DNA of 64,000 nt from positions 896,001 through 960,000 of the forward strand of contig OZ240219.1 of assembly GCA_965197645.1 (NCBI GenBank), in the 5' to 3' direction. A program made the position numbers and the translations under genes. The notes beneath the pieces are model-generated. The model was given only the letters and a program-made list of their open reading frames with translations, was not told where the DNA came from and made no database searches. Below, piece by piece: positions 39,022 to 47,557 of this stretch; position 1 is the stretch's first letter; each line of letters opens with the position of its first letter. Origin of the DNA: Dehalococcoidia bacterium. Its GTDB lineage: Bacteria; Chloroflexota; Dehalococcoidia; Plut-88900.

Positions 39022-39435
39022 TCAGATGTCAAAGATGACCCGGGCGTGGCACCCGTTGCCTGTCTTGATCTCCAGCATGTGGTAGGTGGCGGCCTTGATG
39101 CCCATCTTGATCTCGTGTACTGCCGGCGCTACTTTCTGGCCGTAGCACTGGGCGGTGAGGTCGGATTCGGTCAAGTCCGAAATATCGAACCGGCTGAAGA
39201 CCAGATTCTCCGCATCGAAGAGGTAGACCAGCTCGTTGAGCCACTCTACCAGGAGGGCCTCCCTATCCGTCGCCGATACCCTCACTCGTTGACTCACCTC
39301 CTCCTCTATGGAACCGATGTCGACGATAAGGCTGAACATCCCCCGAGCTGCATTGGTGTATACCTCTTTCAGGTCCCTTCCACGGGCGATGATTCCAATA
39401 TCGGCCGTGTGCTCGATTACCTGGAAATCTTCCAT
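39022..39435 (-). CDS. Archease
   Basis: MEDFQVIEHTADIG...WLNEL...IKAATYH...VIFDI; real start ATG 39435 (the track ORF is over-extended). Confidence 0.95.
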   Translation of the reverse strand: MEDFQVIEHTADIGIIARGRDLKEVYTNAARGMFSLIVDIGSIEEEVSQRVRVSATDREALLVEWLNELVYLFDAENLVFSRFDISDLTESDLTAQCYGQKVAPAVHEIKMGIKAATYHMLEIKTGNGCHARVIFDI

Positions 39436-39576
39436 GCAGGCTTGCCTCAAAGGGCTGACGTCTTTGTCCCAACCGCCCGCCCTCGAACGGTCTCGTAACG
39501 GGAGGGGGGCACATCCCCCTAGCCCCTTGGAGTTCGAAACGTCGGTACTACCATGCGCCGTCGGTTGTGTAACCGT

Positions 39577-39625
39577 ATCCAGACCCGCTATCAGGGGAAA
39601 GAAACCCTCTGGACTCCCTCCATGC
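39577..39625 (-). repeat. Degenerate copy of the dispersed palindromic repeat
   Basis: Minus strand GGGAGTCCAGAGGG...GCGGGTCTGG matches the start of the 14079 copy. Confidence 0.45.
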
Positions 39626-39747
39626 AGTATTCTGAGACAGGCCCCTTTTCGGTCCCCGTCGGTAGTTTGTCGGGTGGTGTTGGATTCTAGCATACCCAAA
39701 CCGCGCCTTAAAAAACAGGGGCCTGTGCTATAATCCCGCTTACTCCC

Positions 39748-40986
39748 ATGCAAGACACACTTCAGAGGGAACCCTCGTCCGTCTCCCAAGCCCTTTCGGG
39801 CATACGCATCATAGACCTGACCCAGAACGTCGCCGGTCCCCATTGCACCAAGCTCCTGGCCGACCACGGCGCCGACGTGATCAAGGTGGAACCGCCCGAT
39901 GGAGATACGGCTCGGACGTCGGCCCCCTTTTTCAAGGACCAGCCCCACGCCGAACACAGCGGCCTGTTTCTTCATCTGAACACCAGCAAGCGCGGCATCA
40001 CCGTCAATCTGAGCAGCTCCACCGGTCGAAAGATCGTCGAGGAGCTGGCCGTTAACGCCGATGCCCTCGTGGAAGACCTGGGGCCGGGCGGCCTCGAGAG
40101 CATCGGCCTTTCCTATGAAGGGCTGAAGGCCCTGAACCCTCGCCTGGTAGTAACCTCCATCTCACCCTTCGGCCTGACCGGCCCTTATCGTGATTTCAAA
40201 GTCGTGGACATGATGTACTACGGCATCGGCGGGCCATTGAGCTCCACCGGCGACCCCGAGCGGGCGCCGATGCGCATAGGCGACAACGTTTCCCTCTACC
40301 AGGCCGGCGCAGCGGCCGCGGTGGCCACCATGATGGCTCTCTACGCCGCCGAAATGAGAGGCGAGGGCGATCACATAGACATGTCCATCATGGAGACCCA
40401 GCAGGGCAGCATAGACCGTCGGGCCAGCATGCTGTTGGGCTACAGCTATACGGGGGTATTGGGCGGCAGAGTCCTGGACGTGTTCGGGATCGGGACCGGG
40501 CCTCACCCGTGTATGGACGGCTGGGTAAACACCCTGGGGGGCGAGTTCGGGTTCGAGAAGATATGCTCCATGATAGGAATGCCGGAGCTGATGGAGGACC
40601 CCCGATTCGCTACGGTGCAAGCCAGAAAGGCGCCGGGAGCCGCGGAGAGTTTCGACGAGTACTACATTCCCTGGCTCTTGGATCGGACGAAGAAAGAGGT
40701 CTGGTCCCTAGCCCAGCAGAACCGGATCCCCTCGGGAGTCATCAATACTACGGAGGACCTCCTCGCCGACGAGAACTTCCGCGATAGAGGGGTCTGGGCC
40801 GAGACTGACCATTCCGCTGTCGGCCGCGTAGCTATGCCGGGGCGTCCCTTCATCATGCACGAAACCCCATGGAAGATGAGCAAGCCGGCGCCCACCCTCG
40901 GTCAGCACACCCCGGATGTGCTATGCGGCGAGCTGGGCTACAGTAGAGAAGAGGTAGTTCAGCTAAGGCGCTCGGGAGCTATCTGA
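39748..40986 (+). CDS. CoA-transferase family III (CaiB/BaiF)
   Basis: LSGIRIIDLT..VAGP...GADVIKVEPP, LNTSKRGI, FGLTGPY, APTLGQH. Confidence 0.95.
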   Translation: MQDTLQREPSSVSQALSGIRIIDLTQNVAGPHCTKLLADHGADVIKVEPPDGDTARTSAPFFKDQPHAEHSGLFLHLNTSKRGITVNLSSSTGRKIVEELAVNADALVEDLGPGGLESIGLSYEGLKALNPRLVVTSISPFGLTGPYRDFKVVDMMYYGIGGPLSSTGDPERAPMRIGDNVSLYQAGAAAAVATMMALYAAEMRGEGDHIDMSIMETQQGSIDRRASMLLGYSYTGVLGGRVLDVFGIGTGPHPCMDGWVNTLGGEFGFEKICSMIGMPELMEDPRFATVQARKAPGAAESFDEYYIPWLLDRTKKEVWSLAQQNRIPSGVINTTEDLLADENFRDRGVWAETDHSAVGRVAMPGRPFIMHETPWKMSKPAPTLGQHTPDVLCGELGYSREEVVQLRRSGAI

Positions 40987-40992
40987 TCACCG

Positions 40993-41301
40993 ATGGACGC
41001 CGACAGCGAACTGACCGAAGAGCAGCTTACCGATGACGAGCTGGAGTACTTCGAGCGGGAGGTCTACCTTCGAAAGAAGAAGATGACTACGGCTTTGCTC
41101 TTCTGGGTGTTTCTGGGGCCCTTCGGGGGACACCGCTTCTATTTCGGCCGGTACTTCACCGGGCTACTGCAGCTGTTTACCCTGGGTGGCGTACTGGTCT
41201 GGGCGGTAGTAGATAGCTTCCTGATTCCCGGATGGATCGAACGGGACGAAGAGATGGTCAAATGGCAGGTCCTGGATGAGATCGCCGAAGACAGAAGGTA
41301 A
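40993..41301 (+). CDS. TM2 domain protein
   Basis: FLGPFGGHRFYFGR...TLGG..VWAVVD. Confidence 0.9.
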   Translation: MDADSELTEEQLTDDELEYFEREVYLRKKKMTTALLFWVFLGPFGGHRFYFGRYFTGLLQLFTLGGVLVWAVVDSFLIPGWIERDEEMVKWQVLDEIAEDRR

Positions 41302-42607
41302 GATCGGTAGACCCCTGCCCCTGGAGGGGATAAGGGTCCTGGACATGACCGTAGTCTGGGCCGGCCCCTACGCCTGCCAGATCCTGGCCGATTGGGGCGC
41401 CGAGGTGATCCGGGTCGAGTCGATCCAGGTCATAGCCCCTTCTACTCGCGGTATCGCCATGAGACCGGCCAAAGAGCACATGGAGTGGTCCCTGAATACT
41501 GGAATGGGCTACGCCGGGTGTGCCCCCGAGGAGAGGGCCTGGGACAAAGGCCCCTTCTTCAATGCCCACGCCCGCAACAAGCGCAGCATGACCATTGATC
41601 TGAGGACGCAGGATGGGTTGGATATTCTCAAGCGGGTGGTCCGGGTGTCCGATGTCTTTATCGAGAACAACGTGCCCACCACCATCGAAAAGCTGGGCGT
41701 CACCTATGAAGAGCTGTGCAAGGCACGAAGTGACTTGATCATGGTACGCATGCCCGGGTTCGGGCTGAGCGGCGCTTACAAAGACTATCGGGTTTGGGGG
41801 GCTCATGTGGAAGGTGTCGCCGGTCATAGCTGGACGAAAGGGTATCCGGATTCCGCCCCATCTGGCCGCGCCGAGGTCTACGCCAGCGACTCCGCCGCCG
41901 GATTGAGTGGCGCCCTGGCCGCCGTGATGGCCCTGCGCCACCGGGCCAGGACCGGCGAGGGGCAGCTAGTCGAGGCCTCCCTGTGCGAAAATTTCATCCC
42001 CTACCTGGGCCAGGCCGTTATGGACTACACGCTGAACGGCCGGGTTCAGAGCGCCATCGGCAACCGGCATTCCTCCATGGCGCCCCACGGCCTCTACCCC
42101 GCCAAGGGTGACGATCGATGGGTCATGATCGCCGTCGGTTCCGACGAGGAGTGGCAGGGACTTCGTCGGGCTATGGATGATCCCAAGTGGGCCGGCTTGG
42201 AGACCTTCGATACGGTGCTGGGTCGATGGAACAATCAGGAAGAGCTGGACCGGCGCCTGAGCGAATGGACCGTCACCCTGGACGCCTACGAGATCATGCA
42301 CCGCCTCCAGAACGAGGGTGTGCCCGCCGGCCCGGTGATGGACGAGGCCGACGTCCACGCCGATCCCCACGTCGAAGCACGGGGCTTTCTGCCCGAGTTG
42401 ACGGATCCGGAAGTCGGCACCCACAGGCACCCTGGGTTCCTCTGGAAGATGGCCGAGACCCCCAACCATATCCGGATGCCACCGTGTCACCTGGGTTACG
42501 GCAACGATTACGTGTACAAGGAACTGTTGGGGTACAGCGACCAGGAGTACGAAAGGCTGGAGCAAGAAGGGCACGTTGGCACCGAGCCTGCCCCCCACCT
42601 GCCCTAG
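41276..42607 (+). CDS. CoA-transferase family III (CaiB/BaiF)
   Basis: PLEGIRVLDMTVVWAGP, ARNKRSMTIDL, GFGLSG, GNRH. Confidence 0.95.
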   Translation: MRSPKTEGKIGRPLPLEGIRVLDMTVVWAGPYACQILADWGAEVIRVESIQVIAPSTRGIAMRPAKEHMEWSLNTGMGYAGCAPEERAWDKGPFFNAHARNKRSMTIDLRTQDGLDILKRVVRVSDVFIENNVPTTIEKLGVTYEELCKARSDLIMVRMPGFGLSGAYKDYRVWGAHVEGVAGHSWTKGYPDSAPSGRAEVYASDSAAGLSGALAAVMALRHRARTGEGQLVEASLCENFIPYLGQAVMDYTLNGRVQSAIGNRHSSMAPHGLYPAKGDDRWVMIAVGSDEEWQGLRRAMDDPKWAGLETFDTVLGRWNNQEELDRRLSEWTVTLDAYEIMHRLQNEGVPAGPVMDEADVHADPHVEARGFLPELTDPEVGTHRHPGFLWKMAETPNHIRMPPCHLGYGNDYVYKELLGYSDQEYERLEQEGHVGTEPAPHLP

Positions 42608-42710
42608 CAGCGAAGCTTACGGTTCGCATCTATCAGGGGAACAATCGTTACAATATGTCCCTAGCGAGGGGACGAGGGCCGGGAGTGTAGAATAGAACAG
42701 GAAGAGGTAC

Positions 42711-43934
42711 ATGGCAGCACTTACCGATAAATATTGCATAGTGGGCGTGGGCGAAACGGCCCATATGAGACCCTCTAATCGTACGACCCTCTCCATGGCC
42801 TGCGAGGCCATCAAGAACGCAATGGATGATGCCGGCCTGGGCCCCAAGGACATCGACGGCATGACCTCCTACCAGTACTACGATTCCTGCTCCTCCGCCG
42901 AAATCGCCTCCTCCTTGGGCATGCAGCTCAACTACGAGGTGGATATCATGGGCGGCGGTTCCAGCACCGAGGCCCTCTTGGCCAACACCATCGGCCTGCT
43001 GGAGGGCGGCTTCTGCAAGGCCATGGTCATATTCCGCTCGATGAACGGGCGCTCCTTCAACAGGCAGGGCGGCCAGGACCCGGGAGGCCCCGCCGTCGTG
43101 GACAACGTATCCGGCATCGCCGATTTTCCCACCACCTGGGGATTCACCACGCCGGCCCAGCATCACAGCTTGAGCTGCCTGCGGTACATGAAAGACTACG
43201 GCTTGACCAAGCGACAACTCGCCGAGGTGGCGCTGGCCCACCGCCGTCACGCCAACCTCAACCCCAAGGCCTGGTTCTACAATACACCCTTGACCATGGA
43301 CGACTACCTCAACGCACGTTGGATCTCCAAGCCCTTCGGCCTGTTCGATTGCTGCCTGGAGACCGATGTAGCCGCCGCTTTGATCGTCGTTCCCCGGGAG
43401 GTGGCCTACAATCTGAAACACCCGCCGGTGTACATCATGGGGGGTTCCGTCAGGACCAACCGGCCCAACCCGGCGTGGCCCTGGGGCGCTCCCAAGATCC
43501 ACTATGTCGGCGGGAACTACGGCCGTCACCGGCTCTTCGGCATGTCCGGGGTACACCATGATGACATCGACTTCGTCTCGGCCTACGATGCGTTCACCTT
43601 TACCAGCCTGATCCTGCTCGAGGCCTTCGGGTTCTGGGGCGAGGGTGAAGCCGGCGATTTCATCGAAGGTGGAGCGCTGCAGATCGATAACCGGCTTCCA
43701 TCCAACTTGTCGGGCAGCCACCTCTCCGAGGGCTACACCCACGGCATCTCGATGGTCATAGAAAACGTCCGGCAACTTCGGCACCGGGCCGATGATGTAT
43801 GCCCCGGCTGGCGGGAAGGAAAGCACACCTACGACCGAGATAAGGGCTGCCGTCAGGTGAAGAAATCCGACGTTGCGGCCTGCCTCGCCTGGGCCTATGA
43901 GAGCGAGAGCAGCTCCATGATTCTCCGGAGGTAA
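42711..43934 (+). CDS. Thiolase-fold protein, Ltp2-like (probable aldolase)
   Basis: IVGVGET, HANLNPKA, FDCCLETD, YDAF, LSEGYTHG; no Cys at the usual nucleophile position (GGSST). Confidence 0.85.
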   Translation: MAALTDKYCIVGVGETAHMRPSNRTTLSMACEAIKNAMDDAGLGPKDIDGMTSYQYYDSCSSAEIASSLGMQLNYEVDIMGGGSSTEALLANTIGLLEGGFCKAMVIFRSMNGRSFNRQGGQDPGGPAVVDNVSGIADFPTTWGFTTPAQHHSLSCLRYMKDYGLTKRQLAEVALAHRRHANLNPKAWFYNTPLTMDDYLNARWISKPFGLFDCCLETDVAAALIVVPREVAYNLKHPPVYIMGGSVRTNRPNPAWPWGAPKIHYVGGNYGRHRLFGMSGVHHDDIDFVSAYDAFTFTSLILLEAFGFWGEGEAGDFIEGGALQIDNRLPSNLSGSHLSEGYTHGISMVIENVRQLRHRADDVCPGWREGKHTYDRDKGCRQVKKSDVAACLAWAYESESSSMILRR

Positions 43935-43940
43935 TTCGTT

Positions 43941-44411
43941 ATGCCAGGACCCATAGACTATTCCCTGATGCAGGTGGTCCCTGACCCGGACACTCGGGAG
44001 TGGTGGGATGCCACCAGGGAAGGGAAGTTCCTCGCTAGGAGCTGCAATCAATGCGGCCACAAGTGGTTCCCGCCCTTTCCGGCCTGTGCCGAGTGCACCT
44101 CCATGGACCTGGGCTGGCACCAGATAGAGGGCAAGGGCTTCATCCACAGCTACACCGTGGTGGAGCAGCCCATCCTGACGCCCTTCATCAATACTGTGCC
44201 TTACGTGGTGGCCGTGATAGACCTGGCCGACGTCGCCAACCCCGATGGCACGCCCATCCGCGTCGTGGGGGTCTTGATGGACGACGAGGACGCCGTGGCC
44301 ATCAACAACCCCGTCGAAGTGGTCTTCGAGACCTCCCCCGATTCCGAGTACGTAATGCCCCGCTGGAGGGTCACCGGTCAGGCGGAGGACGCATGGAGGT
44401 TCCAGGGGTGA
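43941..44411 (+). CDS. DUF35 Zn-ribbon/OB-fold protein
   Basis: CNQCG...PP...CAEC, IHSYTVV, PYVVAVIDL. Confidence 0.92.
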   Translation: MPGPIDYSLMQVVPDPDTREWWDATREGKFLARSCNQCGHKWFPPFPACAECTSMDLGWHQIEGKGFIHSYTVVEQPILTPFINTVPYVVAVIDLADVANPDGTPIRVVGVLMDDEDAVAINNPVEVVFETSPDSEYVMPRWRVTGQAEDAWRFQG

Positions 44412-44581
44412 AGCTCCTTGAACTTGTCCTGGGTCGGATGGGAATCTCGTATCATTCTTTAGGAGCGTTTCGAGTCATGTAAGGCATTGTTTGCTACACA
44501 ACCTACCGTCTATCATTTGAGAGTGACAATGCCAATCGGTGTGTTTTAGCATATCCTTGCTTAGGACGCTAAGGGTACGAG

Positions 44582-45310
44582 TTGAGGTCAACTATGGGTG
44601 AAAATGTCAGGACAGGTAGACCGCTACTAGCAGGAGTGTATCCCGTGGCTGATGCAGTGACGTTGATACATGCTACTCGTCCAGAGTTACCGCCTGATGT
44701 TCCGAACCATCGCGGACGGCTCGAATCGGCCTCTGGGCGACACATATATCGGTGGGTGAGAGATGGACTAACTGGCCGGTATCTTGAAGGCCTCAAGGGC
44801 AAAGAGGTAGCCCTTACTTTTCTAGACTTGGTTAGCTTGAGGCTGATAGCTGTATTCCGAGCATACGGAATACCGTCAAAAGATATTCGAATAGCTCATC
44901 AGAGATTGCAGTCAAGACGAGGTTGGTCGCATCCGTTCGCTATGGAGCCGATATGGGTGTCGGGACTCTACATGTACATCAAGGAGGACGATATCCCCAT
45001 TCAAATCGCTAGATGGCAACCCGCCCTCAATTTTGTAGAATTGTTCATTGGTCCGATGCATAACATGGCATTTGGAGAGGAGCAGCAGGCCGAGGCATGG
45101 GAGCCCGAGGCGGGTGTTGTGCTCAACCCCAATATCTCTTTCGGCGAGCCATGCTTGAAAGGGACTCGTATCGCTACCCAAACTCTGTGGGCATTGCACG
45201 CCGCTGGCGATTCTGCAGAGCGCATCGCGGAAGCGTACGAATTGCCGTTGGCACGAGTTGAGGTTGCTCTTGCTTGGGAACGGAAGATCGGATACAACGG
45301 GACAGCCTAA
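44582..45310 (+). CDS. DUF433 domain antitoxin-like protein
   Basis: LTFLDLVSL, HPFA, LNPNISFGEPCLKGTRI, IAEAYEL...VEVALAWE. Confidence 0.85.
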   Translation: MRSTMGENVRTGRPLLAGVYPVADAVTLIHATRPELPPDVPNHRGRLESASGRHIYRWVRDGLTGRYLEGLKGKEVALTFLDLVSLRLIAVFRAYGIPSKDIRIAHQRLQSRRGWSHPFAMEPIWVSGLYMYIKEDDIPIQIARWQPALNFVELFIGPMHNMAFGEEQQAEAWEPEAGVVLNPNISFGEPCLKGTRIATQTLWALHAAGDSAERIAEAYELPLARVEVALAWERKIGYNGTA

Positions 45311-45755
45311 CGATATATTCTATTATGACGAAGGTCTTTCCCCGAAGATTGGGGAGGTGCTGAAACATGTCGGGTTTTCGCTTGAAATAGGAGAGAAGGG
45401 GAAGCGGGATGAAGAGATCATCGTTGAGATGGGCATCAAGGGTCAGACTTGGATAACTAAAGATGATAGGTCTAGAGTAGAGCATGAAGCCGCGATCTTG
45501 GAGGCAGGCATCAGCATAGTGTTTGTTCGGGGACTATCTCACGAAGGTCGCAGACGGTCTAGCCTAGGTAAGAACACGATAAACCTTAAACAATTACTAT
45601 ACCTGTTAGTAACAAAACTAGATGATATTGAGGCAGAACTTTCTCGACAGCGTAGAGCACGGTACTTCATCCTCTTTTTGCGGGGTAAGAAGGCAGAAGT
45701 CTCAAAGCATTCTACTTTGAGAGAGGTATGGCAAAAAATATCTGGCAACGTGTAA
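45258..45755 (+). CDS. PIN-like (VapC45-type) putative toxin
   Basis: FYYDEGLS...DEEII...WITKDDR...E motifs; overlaps the DUF433 gene; start uncertain. Confidence 0.7.
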   Translation: MRLLLLGNGRSDTTGQPNDIFYYDEGLSPKIGEVLKHVGFSLEIGEKGKRDEEIIVEMGIKGQTWITKDDRSRVEHEAAILEAGISIVFVRGLSHEGRRRSSLGKNTINLKQLLYLLVTKLDDIEAELSRQRRARYFILFLRGKKAEVSKHSTLREVWQKISGNV

Positions 45756-45822
45756 CTATACAGTCGGGTGATAGGTGCTTGACACTATGATTTCCCGCTA
45801 CCGGATAGATTGAAAGGACGCC

Positions 45823-46872
45823 ATGGTTACCGAGGAAGAGATCAAGCTGACCAGCTTGGCCCACTGCGCCGGCTGAGCATCCAAATTCAGCCCCGAGGAC
45901 CTGGTACAGGTCCTGAGCCAGCTCCCCACTATCAGCGACCCCAACCTGCTAGTTGGGTCCAACACCGCCGACGACTCGGCTGTTTACCGGCTGAGCGATG
46001 ACATCGCCATCGTCCAGACCGTCGATTTTTTCCCTCCCATAGTCGACGACCCCTATAATTTCGGGGCCATAGCGGCGTCCAACTCCCTCAGCGACGTCTA
46101 TGCTATGGGGGCTAGGCCCATCATCGGTCTCAACATAGTCGGATTCCCTATCAATCTGCCCAAGGAGATCCTCGGCAAGATTCTCAAGGGCGGCTCCGAC
46201 AAGATGACCGAGGCTGACGCCATAATCGTCGGTGGCCACACTATCGACGACAACGAGCCCAAGTACGGTATCTCGGTAACCGGCCTGGTCAAGCCCGGCG
46301 AGCAGGTGGCCAACGTGGGCGCCGTACCCGGGGACAAACTGGTCCTGACCAAACCCATCGGCACCGGTATCATCACCACCGCCCTCAAAGCGGGCCTGGG
46401 CGACGAAGAGATCGAAGGCCGGGCCGTTCAGATAATGGCGGCCCTCAACAAGGAGGCCTGCTACGCCATGGTGCACGTGGGGGCGAACGCCTGCACCGAT
46501 ATCACCGGCTTCGGGCTGATGGGCCACCTCGCCGAGATGACTCGCGGCAGCCGTGTCGGTGCCAAGATTCGGCTTTCCAGCGTGCCAACCATCCCCGGCC
46601 TCTGGGACCTGGCAGAGCAGGGAGTCGCGCCGGGAGGTACGGCCCGGAACCTGAAGTCCGTTCGACACGTCGTGGAGTGGGACAATGGCATCTCCGCCGA
46701 AGCACGCACCGTTCTATGCGATGCTCAGACTTCCGGCGGCCTGCTCATCTCCGTCGCTGCCGAGAAGACGGACCGGCTGATGGACGACCTTCGAGCCAGG
46801 AACGTGTCGGAGGCTGCCGTCATTGGAGAGATCATCGAAGACGACAAGGGCCGGATCCAGGTAATGCCGTGA
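45823..46872 (+). CDS. selD: Selenide, water dikinase, selenocysteine-containing (UGA at codon 18)
   Basis: MVTEEEIKLTSLAHCAG-UGA(45874-45876)-ASKFSPEDL...DDSAVY...QTVDFFPPIVDDP, in frame with track ORF 46105-46872 (TKPIGTG, DITGFGL, DAQTSGGLL). Confidence 0.95.
45877..45920 (+). promoter_or_regulatory. Bacterial SECIS-like hairpin
   Basis: AGGACCTG-GTA-CAGGTCCT (45896-45914), about 20 nt 3' of the in-frame UGA, with G in the apical loop. Confidence 0.7.
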
Positions 46873-46892
46873 TCGGCCGGTAGGATAAGCCC

Positions 46893-47291
46893 TTGTTCCA
46901 GCTGCCGAGAGAATACGCCGACGAGATCATCGCCCACGCCCGGGAGGACGCTCCCAACGAGTGCTGCGGGATTCTCCTGGGGGCCAATGGCCGGATCGAG
47001 AAGCTGTACCGGGCCAACAACCCGGAGGCCAGCCCCGTCAAGTACACCATTGACCCCGCCGATATGTTCAAGGCCTACAAAGAGGCGGAGGAGAAGGGCT
47101 GGGAGTTCCTCGCCTTTTACCACTCCCACACCTTCAGCGAGGCCTACCCCTCTCCCACAGACGTTCGCCTGGCCACCTGGCCCGACTCCCTTTACATCCT
47201 CGTCTCCCTGGCCGATAACGACAACCCCGTCATCCGCGCCTTCCACATAGTCGATGACCAGATCACAGAAGAGGAGCTGAGCATAGGCTAG
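46893..47291 (+). CDS. JAMM/Mov34 (M67) metallopeptidase, Mec-like
   Basis: PNECCGILLG, FYHSHT...YPSPTD. Confidence 0.92.
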   Translation: MFQLPREYADEIIAHAREDAPNECCGILLGANGRIEKLYRANNPEASPVKYTIDPADMFKAYKEAEEKGWEFLAFYHSHTFSEAYPSPTDVRLATWPDSLYILVSLADNDNPVIRAFHIVDDQITEEELSIG

Positions 47292-47371
47292 GGGTAGCTA
47301 CCGCTTCTGCGATCTTCTTTGTCGACAAACGTGGTAATTCCCCCTAAGACCACCCAGCAACCTCGAAATTT

Positions 47372-47419
47372 GAGGGGCGTAGTCCCCCAAACACCCTACG
47401 AAGGGGCTCTGCCCCTTTG
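47372..47419 (-). repeat. Degenerate palindromic intergenic repeat
   Basis: Minus strand AAAGGGGCAGAGCCCCTT followed by GGGTGTTTGGGGGACTACGCCCC; twin-hairpin layout like the 14079 family. Confidence 0.4.
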
Positions 47420-47557
47420 TTTTCCCGGCTAAGCCAAAGCGTTTACTCGATGTCTCTAACGGTACTTGACGGGTGGCCGGTGAGCCTTCATCATTGGCTG
47501 GCCCTCGCGCCACGGACCGTGCGGATTCCCGATCAACCCCCACCCCCGGAGCATAAT

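Noticed and set aside
39436-39975. Apparent long N-terminal extension of archease in the ORF track
   Set aside because: Runs through an intergenic repeat and the divergent CoA-transferase; archease homology begins at ATG 39435.
45874-45876. selD as a nonsense pseudogene
   Set aside because: UGA sits at the catalytic Cys/Sec position and is followed by a SECIS-like hairpin; recoding is more likely.
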